NCBI RefSeq assembly: GCF_001564455.1
Contig: NZ_CP011391.1
Coordinates: 300,001-332,000, forward strand
Source of the DNA: Faecalibaculum rodentium
GTDB taxonomy: Bacteria; Bacillota_I; Bacilli_A; Erysipelotrichales; Erysipelotrichaceae
Direction: 5' to 3'
Length of the DNA: 32,000 nt
The notes beneath the pieces are model-generated. The model was not told the DNA's origin. It saw only the letters and a program-made list of their open reading frames with translations, and did not search any database. A program made the position numbers and the translations under genes. Positions 16,893 through 25,161 of this stretch are shown here, one piece after another. Numbering within the stretch: position 1 is the first letter of the stretch; every line of letters begins with the position of its first letter.

Positions 16893-17401
16893 AACTCAAA
16901 TGTCTGTTTCCTGAACATGTACCTGGAGGTCTGCGGCTGAAATTTCTGCAGAAGGCCAGATTTGCCTGGGTTTTCCCCCTGGTCATAGCTGGTATTGTGA
17001 CTGCAGCTTCTCTTGTTTCTCCAATGGACCAGACCCAGTGGTTCTGGACCGTTGGTATTGTTTTGGTTCTTGTTCTCCTGGCTCTGGTGAGCCTGGTGAC
17101 TGTCCTGTATGCGGGTCTGGGACATAAGGTATGTTTTCCCAACGCCTCTAAGACCGCAGAGGTCTTCTGCAATCTGAGTGAAACAGGACTTGCTTTTGAA
17201 TCTGAGGATCCAGGTGTGATTTATATCCCCAATGTGGACTGGAGTGAAGTCCCGCTGTACCAGATTGAAGGGTATGACCTGTATCTGAGTCCCGCAGGAG
17301 GAGGTCCGGTCATGATCGTGCTGGATCTTCGTGGGATCTCTCTGCAGGAAATGAGATCCCTGACAGACTTGCTGAAAGCCAGTTCCCTTGTGAAAGTATG
17401 A
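16889..17401 (+). CDS. 2-TM membrane protein with small C-terminal soluble domain (type B, copy 1)
   Basis: ATGA overlap with the upstream stop (16889-16892) and a GAAGGAGAG RBS. Clear paralogue of 17949-18461 ('PNASKTAEVFCNLSETGLAFESEDPGVIYIPNVDWSEV' versus 'PNASKTTDVFCTVDETGLYFSSPDRSVVYLPEVSWDEI'). Confidence 0.7.
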   Translation: MKLKCLFPEHVPGGLRLKFLQKARFAWVFPLVIAGIVTAASLVSPMDQTQWFWTVGIVLVLVLLALVSLVTVLYAGLGHKVCFPNASKTAEVFCNLSETGLAFESEDPGVIYIPNVDWSEVPLYQIEGYDLYLSPAGGGPVMIVLDLRGISLQEMRSLTDLLKASSLVKV

Positions 17402-17429
17402 GTTCCGACGGTGATTGAGGAGAATGGAA

Positions 17430-17962
17430 ATGGAAAATGAAATAGTGATCAAAGGGCACGCCAGGCCTTATCGGTTTTTTTCCGTTTCCTGATTGCGGGG
17501 TATATCGTTCTGTTCATCCCTCCGCTTTTGTTGTTGCTGATAATTCTGAGTTCACTTTTGGTGGGGGGAGAACCGGTGATGGGATCGGCTTCCCTGATTG
17601 CGCTGCTGGTTTGCACCGTTCAGTTGATTCGAGGCTACCGAAACCTGTCCAAGGAAACACCTGGTTTCTTTACCGCATCCGCTGCCGGCATTGAATTTAC
17701 CGGTACAGATACTGTCATTGGTTGGAAACAGGTCAGGAAGTGGTCCAGAAAACGAAAGGGAATTCTGATAACTCTGGAAGCTGGACCATACAGATCACTT
17801 CAGACGTTTTCCGGACTGGTCCTCGGTCATGACAAGGGGTTTGCATTTCTTCTACGGCCTGATGCCAGTCAACAGAATAAAGAAACGGTTTATACAGAAC
17901 TGATACAGTTGCTGAATCAGAACACAAAGGACAGAAAGAAGGGTGATCATGATCACGTTTAA
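17430..17962 (+). pseudogene. Type A copy 2, interrupted by a frameshift at a T7 tract (or a slippage-dependent gene)
   Basis: The ATG at 17430 (GAGGAG SD at 17417-17422) opens 'MENEIVIKGHARPYRFFSVS*', which stops at 17490-17492. The paralogous body is in the -1 frame, open from 17441, with no ATG; the ORF track uses the TTG at 17528. One extra T in the T7 run at 17475-17481 would fuse the two frames. Confidence 0.6.
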
Positions 17963-18461
17963 ATGCTGTTTTCCAGAGAACGTGTCCAAAGAATTTCGGG
18001 TGGCAACGGTGTCTCCTATATGGAGAACATTGGGATTGCCTGTATTCTGTGTGGGCTATTCCCTGTATCTGGCCTGTCAGCCTGTGTCGGATACAGTGAG
18101 GTACAGTCTGATTGGGGTTGCCATCCTTGGAGCCATATGCGGGGGTCTGCAGCTGTGGGCCAGAAGGGTTCTCGGTTTTGGGTATCCACCACATTATCCC
18201 AATGCCTCAAAGACCACTGACGTGTTCTGCACGGTGGATGAGACCGGCTTGTATTTTTCGTCGCCGGACCGTTCTGTGGTATATCTTCCGGAAGTCTCCT
18301 GGGATGAGATCAAGAGCTATCGGCTGATTGGCTCGACGCTGTTTCTGACACCGTATAAATGGGCAGTGGTGCTGGTGGCGCTGGATATGGACGGCCATAC
18401 GCTGGAGGAATGGAGAGACCTCGTTGAGCTGATGAAAGCCGGCAATGTTTCGGAAATCTGA
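17949..18461 (+). CDS. 2-TM membrane protein with small C-terminal soluble domain (type B, copy 2)
   Basis: The ATG at 17949 aligns 'MITFKCCFPENV' with copy 1 'MKLKCLFPEHV'. It overlaps the upstream gene by 14 nt. The ORF-track start at 17943 is a GTG. Confidence 0.7.
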   Translation: MITFKCCFPENVSKEFRVATVSPIWRTLGLPVFCVGYSLYLACQPVSDTVRYSLIGVAILGAICGGLQLWARRVLGFGYPPHYPNASKTTDVFCTVDETGLYFSSPDRSVVYLPEVSWDEIKSYRLIGSTLFLTPYKWAVVLVALDMDGHTLEEWRDLVELMKAGNVSEI

Positions 18462-18473
18462 TGACAAACAGAA
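18457..18473 (+). repeat. Right copy of the 17-nt direct repeat (putative island junction)
   Basis: TCTGATGACAAACAGAA. It overlaps the stop codon of the last island gene and immediately precedes a terminator hairpin. Confidence 0.55.
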
Positions 18474-18476
18474 AAC

Positions 18477-18520
18477 AGAGCGGATGTCCCTGCGTCATGA
18501 CAGGGGAGATCCGCTCTTTT
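18477..18520. terminator. Terminator hairpin between the island and convergent manA
   Basis: AGAGCGGAT (18477-18485) pairs with ATCCGCTCT (18509-18517), with an inner TCCCTG/CAGGGGA stem, followed by TTT. Confidence 0.65.
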
Positions 18521-18575
18521 CAGTGCCTTCTGCAATCTGAATGGACCGCATCGGTTCTCTCACAGAAAAACCTTC

Positions 18576-19529
18576 TCAGTTCTGCTCACGGTTCCGATAG
18601 GAGGCCAGAAACAGATCCAGGTTCCCGCAGATCTGAAGCGCACCCATCCCTGCCGGGACCAGAATAGTCTCTCCCTGGCGGACCGGAATACCATTCACAG
18701 TCCCTTCTCCTTTTGCCGCTGTCAGGAAACAGAACCGGTCATGGATGAAGGTTCCGCGGTCTTCGCACTCCAGCCGGATCAGGGTATACAGACCCGGCTC
18801 ATCCCAGTACCGGGTGGCCTTCAGGCCCTGTTCCAGAGAAGAGGGCAGCATCTCAAACTCGATCAGTCTGTCCGGCAGATTCACGTTGTCATAGACGGCC
18901 TCCGGCTGGATCGGTCTTGTGGTGCCGGTATTCGGGTCGATCCTGTCATAGTCGTACAGCCGAAGGGTCAGATCTGCGTTCCGGGAAATGTTGTAGGTCA
19001 GTACGCCTTTGCCAATGGCATGGAGGGTGCCCGCCGGAATGTCAATGAACCCGCCAACCGGTGTATGCAGATACCGCAGCAGTTTCTCCCATTCCCGGTT
19101 CTCCGTCATCCGGACAAATTCATCCCTGTTCTTTGCGTAATGCCCGAACTGGATCTGCCCGTCTTCCGGTGCATCCAGAATCACCCAGGCCTCCGGCTTT
19201 CCTCTGCCGCCGTTCCAGGTCCGGGCAAAGGCATCGTCCGGATGCAGCTGAATGGACAGATCGTCCATGGGATCCAGGATGTTGACCCGAATGGGCAGTT
19301 CCTTTGTATCGCAGTCAAACCAGTCCGGGGCAGCCGTATACAGCTCTGACAGCGTCATCTTCAGCTGCTGTATTTCACAGTCTGCATGTCCTGGCAGCGC
19401 CACCACATTGTAGACTTCTCCCAGGGGCTTTACATCGGTATGGTAATGAAACTCCGTTTCCAGCCGGGTTCCGCCACCCCACATCCTCGGTTCATAATAC
19501 GGGCTGATGTGCACAATCTCTTTCTTCAT
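18576..19529 (-). CDS. manA: Mannose-6-phosphate isomerase, class I
   Basis: 'PRMWGGG', 'SIQLHPDD' and 'KPEAWVIL' cupin motifs typical of Firmicutes type I PMI (about 315 aa). Confidence 0.9.
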   Translation of the reverse strand: MKKEIVHISPYYEPRMWGGGTRLETEFHYHTDVKPLGEVYNVVALPGHADCEIQQLKMTLSELYTAAPDWFDCDTKELPIRVNILDPMDDLSIQLHPDDAFARTWNGGRGKPEAWVILDAPEDGQIQFGHYAKNRDEFVRMTENREWEKLLRYLHTPVGGFIDIPAGTLHAIGKGVLTYNISRNADLTLRLYDYDRIDPNTGTTRPIQPEAVYDNVNLPDRLIEFEMLPSSLEQGLKATRYWDEPGLYTLIRLECEDRGTFIHDRFCFLTAAKGEGTVNGIPVRQGETILVPAGMGALQICGNLDLFLASYRNREQN

Positions 19530-19722
19530 ATCCGCTTCCTTCCTCTCTGACTCTTACGATACAGCATTCAAAAAGCGCATTCACCTAAAATGTTATGACA
19601 TTTTCAGAGAGCAGGCTCCAGGATAGGCCATTGCCATCCGCCTCTGCCGGCTTTCATCTGGCTGCGGCAAAACACACGCCATCCCTTGCGGCAGTTTCGG
19701 GACGGACCACAGCTGGTCTCTC

Positions 19723-19731
19723 TGCTAGAAT
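19723..19731 (+). promoter_or_regulatory. Extended -10 candidate (TGCTAGAAT) upstream of cobA-hemD
   Basis: TGnTAGAAT lies about 45 nt upstream of the ATG at 19777. No convincing -35 was found. Confidence 0.3.
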
Positions 19732-19776
19732 GACAGCTGTACAGGGCATGGTTTCAGCTGCCCGGGAGGCTTGGAT

Positions 19777-21279
19777 ATGAAACAGGACACAGTCACAGAA
19801 ATCAGACAGGAGCCGGGAACGGTGATTCTGGCAGGAGCCGGATGCGGCGGCAGGGAACTGCTGACCCTGCAGGTGCTGGACCTGATCAGACGGGCAGACG
19901 TGATCGTCTATGACGACTTGATTTCGCAGGACATCCTGGATATCGATACGGATGCAGAGTGGATCTACGCGGGAAAACGCAAAGGCCTTCACAGCATGAC
20001 ACAGGAGGAAATCAACGAGCTCCTCATTTCCCTGGCCCAGACCCATGCGCTGGTTCTCCGTCTGAAAGGCGGCGATCCCTTTGTGTTCGGACGCGGACGG
20101 GAAGAAATGCGGGCTGTCCGGGAAGCGGGTATCTGTTGCCAGAGCGCACCGGGGATCACCAGTGCCATTGCGGTGCCGGAACGTTTTGACATCCCCGTCA
20201 CGGACCGGATCCACGCCTCTTCCTTCACGGTGATCACGGCTTCCCGGAAAAGTCAGGGAAAGCCCTTCGGTGCTGATGCAGGGTGGGTAGCGCATCAGCC
20301 CGGCACCCTGGTGATCCTCATGGGCCTTTCCAGGCTTCCGGAAATCGTGGAGGAACTGATCCGGGCCGGAAAGGATCCCCGGACACCGACAGCGGTGATT
20401 TCCTCTGCGGAAATCAGCCATTCGGAGATGGTCAGGGGAGAACTGAGTGAAATCACGGGAAAAGCGGCGGCTTTGCAGCCGCCGGCAATCATCCTGATCG
20501 GGGATGTGGTGAAGGAAGCCCGGCTGCCGCAGGACATGGCGGAAAAAGAAAAGCCGCAGCGGTTTACAGTCTGGACCACGTTCACCGATGACCTGACAGC
20601 CCGGGTGCGCAGGCGGCTGCCTGACACGATCCGGCTGATTCCGGTACTGGAGGCTGCCCATGAAAGAGTGGAGTCTGCAAAACCCCGGGATCTGGAGACT
20701 GACTGGATCGTCCTGACCAGCCGTCGGGGCGCCGGATTTTTCCTGGAGGACCTGAAGAAACAGAAACTGGATCTGCGGAAACTGCCGAAGATCGCGGTGG
20801 TGGGCAAAGCCACAGCCGAGGTGCTGGAAGAAGCGGGACTCTACCCGGACCTGGTGCCGGAAACTGCCGAAACGCCGGAACTGGTCCGGGAGCTGAAAAG
20901 AGCAGCAGAACCCGGCAGCCGGATCCTGCTGCTGCGGGCGCGCGAAGCCGACCATGAGATGGAGACGGCCCTGGAAACGGACTTCCGGGTGATGCGGAAG
21001 GATCTTTACGAAATCCGCTACAGCAGCCGGGACCTGAAGCGGCTCCCCGGACCGGATCTGATGGCTTTCGCTTCCCGCAGCGCCGTCAGGGCCTGGAAGG
21101 AACCGGTTCCCTGTCCGGTGCTGTGCATCTCCGATATCACGGCTTCCCAGGTGCATCAGGATCACCCGGAAGCGTCTGTCCTGCTGGCAGATGAAATCAG
21201 TGCAGCGGGGCTCGCGGAAACGATCATCGGTCTGAGCCAGGCAGAATCAGCTGTTCCGGAGCCTGGATCTGCCAGATAA
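19777..21279 (+). CDS. cobA-hemD: Uroporphyrinogen-III C-methyltransferase / uroporphyrinogen-III synthase fusion
   Basis: The N-terminal half is SUMT-like ('VILAGAGCGGRELLTLQVLDLIRRADVIVYDDL', 'LRLKGGDPFVFGRG'). The C-terminal about 250 aa is HemD-like. GGGAGG SD at 19764-19769 favours the ATG at 19777; the ORF-track start at 19771 is a TTG. Confidence 0.85.
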   Translation: MKQDTVTEIRQEPGTVILAGAGCGGRELLTLQVLDLIRRADVIVYDDLISQDILDIDTDAEWIYAGKRKGLHSMTQEEINELLISLAQTHALVLRLKGGDPFVFGRGREEMRAVREAGICCQSAPGITSAIAVPERFDIPVTDRIHASSFTVITASRKSQGKPFGADAGWVAHQPGTLVILMGLSRLPEIVEELIRAGKDPRTPTAVISSAEISHSEMVRGELSEITGKAAALQPPAIILIGDVVKEARLPQDMAEKEKPQRFTVWTTFTDDLTARVRRRLPDTIRLIPVLEAAHERVESAKPRDLETDWIVLTSRRGAGFFLEDLKKQKLDLRKLPKIAVVGKATAEVLEEAGLYPDLVPETAETPELVRELKRAAEPGSRILLLRAREADHEMETALETDFRVMRKDLYEIRYSSRDLKRLPGPDLMAFASRSAVRAWKEPVPCPVLCISDITASQVHQDHPEASVLLADEISAAGLAETIIGLSQAESAVPEPGSAR

Positions 21280-21388
21280 GCCCCGGCACGGCTTCCTGGT
21301 CCGGAAAGGAGCAGGAAGCGCATCGGCAGAAAAGCCGGAAACAGAAAGAGGAAAAGACAGAAGGGAAAGAGAAAGGAAGGAAAGACAC

Positions 21389-22279
21389 ATGAACCGCAAC
21401 CTGATTATGAAGCAGGCCATCAACACGCTCCGGACCCTGGCCGGCAACCTGCTGCTGGCAGTGGCCGTCAATGTCTTCATCCGGTCCTTCAGCATGACCG
21501 CCGGCGGCAGCACCGGTCTGGCGCTGATCATTTCCCACTACCTGCCCGCCATCAGCTTCTCTCTTGCCACCACCATTGTCAGCTGGAGCTGCTTCTTTCT
21601 CGGCCTGCTGTTTCTGGGGATGAAGTTTGCGCTGACCACCCTGATTTCCACCATTGGCTATCCGCTGTTTGTGCAGCTGACGGGATTTCTCACCACTTCC
21701 CAGGTGACCGCCGATCCCCTGGTGGCTGCGGTTGCCGGCGGCTGTCTCATGGGAGCGGGTCTGGGGCTGATCATTCAGTCCGGTGCCAGTTCCGGGGGCC
21801 TGGATATTCCGCCCATCATTCTCCACCGGAAACTCGGCTGGAACCTCACCGTGACGATGTGGCTCGCCGACATTGCCTTCCTGGCCATTCAGTCTTCCTT
21901 TTCTCCGCTGACAGCGCTCCTCCATGGCCTGATCCTCATTGCCTGCACGTACCTGGTCATGAATCAGATCCTGACCATCGGCACATCCGCGGTGCAGGTG
22001 CTGATCGTGACAGCGAAATCAGAAGAAGTGCGGCAGCTGCTGGAACAGGACCTGGACAAAGGCGCCACGCTGCTGCATGGAAAAACCGCCCATGCGGGGC
22101 GGGAAACGGATGTGATCCTGTCGGTATTCGAACGCAAGGAACTTCCCGCACTGCGCCAGCGTGTCTCCGACCTGGATCCCGGGGCGTTCATGGTGGTCTC
22201 CAATGTGCAGGAAGTGCGCGGACTTGGCTTTACGGGCTGGAAAAAGATCAAGGCCCAGGACATTCTGCTGGATGAATAA
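21389..22279 (+). CDS. YitT-family membrane protein (DUF161 repeats + C-terminal DUF2179)
   Basis: Multi-pass N-terminal region with 'GGSTGLALI' and 'SSGGLD' motifs. The soluble C-terminus 'VLIVT ... DLDPGAFMVVSNVQEVRG' is typical of DUF2179. Confidence 0.8.
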   Translation: MNRNLIMKQAINTLRTLAGNLLLAVAVNVFIRSFSMTAGGSTGLALIISHYLPAISFSLATTIVSWSCFFLGLLFLGMKFALTTLISTIGYPLFVQLTGFLTTSQVTADPLVAAVAGGCLMGAGLGLIIQSGASSGGLDIPPIILHRKLGWNLTVTMWLADIAFLAIQSSFSPLTALLHGLILIACTYLVMNQILTIGTSAVQVLIVTAKSEEVRQLLEQDLDKGATLLHGKTAHAGRETDVILSVFERKELPALRQRVSDLDPGAFMVVSNVQEVRGLGFTGWKKIKAQDILLDE

Positions 22280-22390
22280 GGTGCCAATGATGCCGATGAT
22301 GGCTGTGCCGGCTGGCAGGATATGGCTTGCCGGGTCACTGGGCAGTCACTGGTCTGGCGAAACCGGCTGGTACGACGGAAAGGAACGGAC

Positions 22391-23263
22391 ATGAACCTGA
22401 AGACGAGGATCCGGGCGGCCGTACTGACACCGGCTGAAGCACAGATTGCCGGGTATATCCTGGACCATGGGGAAGCGGTCATGGAGATGAAACTGCAGGA
22501 CTTCGCCGCTGCAGTGCATGTGTCCCGCTCCACGGTGATCCGGCTGATGCATGCCCTCGGTCTTTCCGGCTGGAAGGAACTGAAGGTGGAACTCGGGCAG
22601 TGGCTGCGGCTGTGTCAGGATCCCGGTCATTCGGTGGACGTGAATCTGCCGTTTTCGCCGGAGGATGACAGCGGACAGATCGCGGCCCGCCTTGCGCGGC
22701 TTTACCAGGATACCCTGCAGGAAATGCTGGAGGTTCTGGACCATGACCAGCTGGAGGCAGCGCTGCGTATCCTGGAAAAGGCAGACTGCACCTACGTGGT
22801 GACGGCGTATCACAACCTGTCCATGGCGGCCAATTTCAGCGACAAGCTGCTTTCCATCGGCAAACGGATCCAGGCAGCGACGTCCGTCCAGACCCAGGAT
22901 TTCCTCTGCTGCAATGCCAGGAGCCGGGATGCGGTGGTGTTCATTTCCTATTCCGGCACCTACCACCCCCTGGCGGAGCTGATCGACAAAGCGGCGAGGC
23001 AGGGAGCGAAGCTGATCCTCATTACCGGGAGCGATGACGACCGGTTCCACGACCGCATCCATGCCCGGCTCAGACTGTGCGGCAGGGAATCCCGCCTGGG
23101 GCGTATGGCGCAGTTTGCCAGCGACATGGAGGTCCACTTTCTGCTGGACATTCTGTATGGTTCGCTGCTGAACCGCCTGCAGGGAACCGGGCAGGGTGAC
23201 AGAATGGCACGGGGCGGGCAGCTGATTAAGTCGGGGGTTTCCGATTACAAAGGCACTTATTGA
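22391..23263 (+). CDS. MurR/RpiR-family transcriptional regulator (HTH_6 + SIS domain)
   Basis: 'LTPAEAQIAGYILDH ... MKLQDFAAAVHVSRSTVIRLMHALGLSGWKELK' followed by a SIS-like domain. ATG at 22391. Confidence 0.85.
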   Translation: MNLKTRIRAAVLTPAEAQIAGYILDHGEAVMEMKLQDFAAAVHVSRSTVIRLMHALGLSGWKELKVELGQWLRLCQDPGHSVDVNLPFSPEDDSGQIAARLARLYQDTLQEMLEVLDHDQLEAALRILEKADCTYVVTAYHNLSMAANFSDKLLSIGKRIQAATSVQTQDFLCCNARSRDAVVFISYSGTYHPLAELIDKAARQGAKLILITGSDDDRFHDRIHARLRLCGRESRLGRMAQFASDMEVHFLLDILYGSLLNRLQGTGQGDRMARGGQLIKSGVSDYKGTY

Positions 23264-23410
23264 GCTTTGTTTGCCGTCGGGACCGAAAAAGTCGCAGAAC
23301 GTTTCATAAACTGCTGAAATCATCGGCAAAAAGTGTCAGCATACTCTGGATTGCTGATACTTTTTTGCGTTTCTGACACAATGGGGCCAGGAACAGAGAG
23401 AAAGGCAGGG

Positions 23411-24820
23411 ATGACTGTGAAACAGACAGACGGCGTGAAAATCGTGACCATTGGCGGCGGCAGCTCCTATACCCCGGAGCTCATGGAAGGACTCATCAAC
23501 CGGTATGATCAGGTGCCTGTCCGGGAAATCTGGCTGGTGGACATCGAGGAAGGAAAAGAGAAGCTGGAGATCGTGGGAGAAATGGCCAGGCGGATGTGGA
23601 ACGCCTCGGGTCATGATGTGCAGGTGCATCTGACTCTTGACAGACGTGAAGCGCTGAAGGACGCGGATTTTGTCACCACGCAGTTCCGGGTGGGACTGCT
23701 TGCGGCCCGGATCAAGGACGAGCGGATCCCCCTTTCCTATGGCATGGCCGGTCAGGAGACCAATGGAGCCGGCGGGATCTTCAAGGCACTGCGCACGATT
23801 CCGGTGATCCTGGACATCGTGGAGGATATGAAGGAACTGTGTCCCGATGCATGGCTGGTGAACTTCACCAACCCCAGCGGCATGGTGACGGAAGCCGTCA
23901 TGAAATACGGCCACTGGGACAAAGTGGCGGGTCTGTGCAATGTCCCGGTCATTGCGATGATGAGCGAACCGGAAGCCATTGGCAAAACCCCGGAGGATCT
24001 CACGTACCGCTTTGCGGGCCTGAACCACTTCCACTGGCATCGCGTCTGGGATGAGACGGGCAGAGAAGTGACCCGGGACCTGATCGAGGCCTTTGACCGC
24101 CTGGGCAGGACACCCGGCACCCCGGCCAACATCTTCGATGTGCCGTTTTACCGCGAACAGCTGGATCTCATGGACATGATCCCCTGCGGCTATCACCGGT
24201 ATTACTACCGCCAGCAGGAAATGCTGGAGCACATGCTGGAAGAAGCCCAATCGCAGGCAGGCACCCGGGCGGAGCAGGTGAAGCAGACTGAGGACGAGCT
24301 GTTTGAACTGTACAAAGACCCGAACCTGGACCACAAGCCGGAGCAGCTGGCCAGGCGCGGAGGAGCGCATTATTCCGATGCAGCCTGTGAAACCATTGCC
24401 TCCCTGTATGCGGACAAGAACACCCACATTGTGCTGACCACCCGAAACAATGGTGCCATTCCCGACCTCCCGGAGGATGTGGCGGTGGAGGTATCCACCC
24501 TGGTGGGCAAAGACGGACCGAAGGTCATCCCCTTCGGGGCATTGCCGGCAGGAGAGCGCGGCCTGCTGCAGGTGATGAAAGCCATGGAGCAGTGTGTGGA
24601 AGAAGCCGCGGTGACCGGAAATGTCGGAGCGCTGCTGGAGGCCTTCACGCTGAATCCGCTGATTACGGCGGGAGAGACCGCCAGGCAGGTCATGAATGAG
24701 CTTCTTGTGGCCCATGAGCGGTATCTGCCGCAGTTTGCACCGGTGATTGAGCAGCTGAAACAGGACGGCGTGACGGTGAAGGACGAGCGCGTGCGCCGAC
24801 TGATGGAAGAAGGACAGTGA
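23411..24820 (+). CDS. 6-phospho-beta-glucosidase, glycoside hydrolase family 4 (ChbF/CelF-like)
   Basis: 'KIVTIGGGSSYTPEL', 'DADFVTTQFRVG', 'GQETNGAGG' and 'NFTNPSGMVTEA' closely follow the E. coli ChbF pattern as I recall it. Confidence 0.9.
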   Translation: MTVKQTDGVKIVTIGGGSSYTPELMEGLINRYDQVPVREIWLVDIEEGKEKLEIVGEMARRMWNASGHDVQVHLTLDRREALKDADFVTTQFRVGLLAARIKDERIPLSYGMAGQETNGAGGIFKALRTIPVILDIVEDMKELCPDAWLVNFTNPSGMVTEAVMKYGHWDKVAGLCNVPVIAMMSEPEAIGKTPEDLTYRFAGLNHFHWHRVWDETGREVTRDLIEAFDRLGRTPGTPANIFDVPFYREQLDLMDMIPCGYHRYYYRQQEMLEHMLEEAQSQAGTRAEQVKQTEDELFELYKDPNLDHKPEQLARRGGAHYSDAACETIASLYADKNTHIVLTTRNNGAIPDLPEDVAVEVSTLVGKDGPKVIPFGALPAGERGLLQVMKAMEQCVEEAAVTGNVGALLEAFTLNPLITAGETARQVMNELLVAHERYLPQFAPVIEQLKQDGVTVKDERVRRLMEEGQ

Positions 24821-24938
24821 GATTCGGGTTCTGGCATGGCCAAAGAGACGGCCGGGAAAAGGGAAGAAGAGGAGACTTGCTGTCAGGACTGTCTGAAGTT
24901 CTGTGATGCTTCAGCGGCCTGAAGATTGCCAAAATCGG

Positions 24939-24965
24939 AAAAACGTGGCAGACTGCCACGTTTTT
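24939..24965. terminator. Bidirectional terminator between convergent units
   Basis: AAAAACGTGGCA-GAC-TGCCACGTTTTT, a perfect 7-bp GC-rich stem flanked by A5 and T5. Confidence 0.65.
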
Positions 24966-25161
24966 CTCAAATAATCAAATGTGTCGTTAAATATATGGGT
25001 TCTTTCAGACAAATCGCTGTACCGGCTGGCTCCAGACTGTCTCCAGTTTTTTTCGGCTTTTTGCGGTATCATCGTGTTTCTTTGCGGTCTCTCAGTTTCA
25101 GTCCACTGCATCAGCGAAACTCCGGTGCATCCTCACATCTGACCTGCGTTCAGCGGTTTTC

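Noticed and set aside
21338-21388. About 50-nt polypurine (A/G-rich) tract immediately upstream of the YitT-family gene, preceded by a CTTCCTG/CAGGAAG hairpin (21292-21318).
   Set aside because: It is probably just an extended purine-rich leader and SD region. There is no repeat unit, no T-run after the hairpin and no independent evidence of function.
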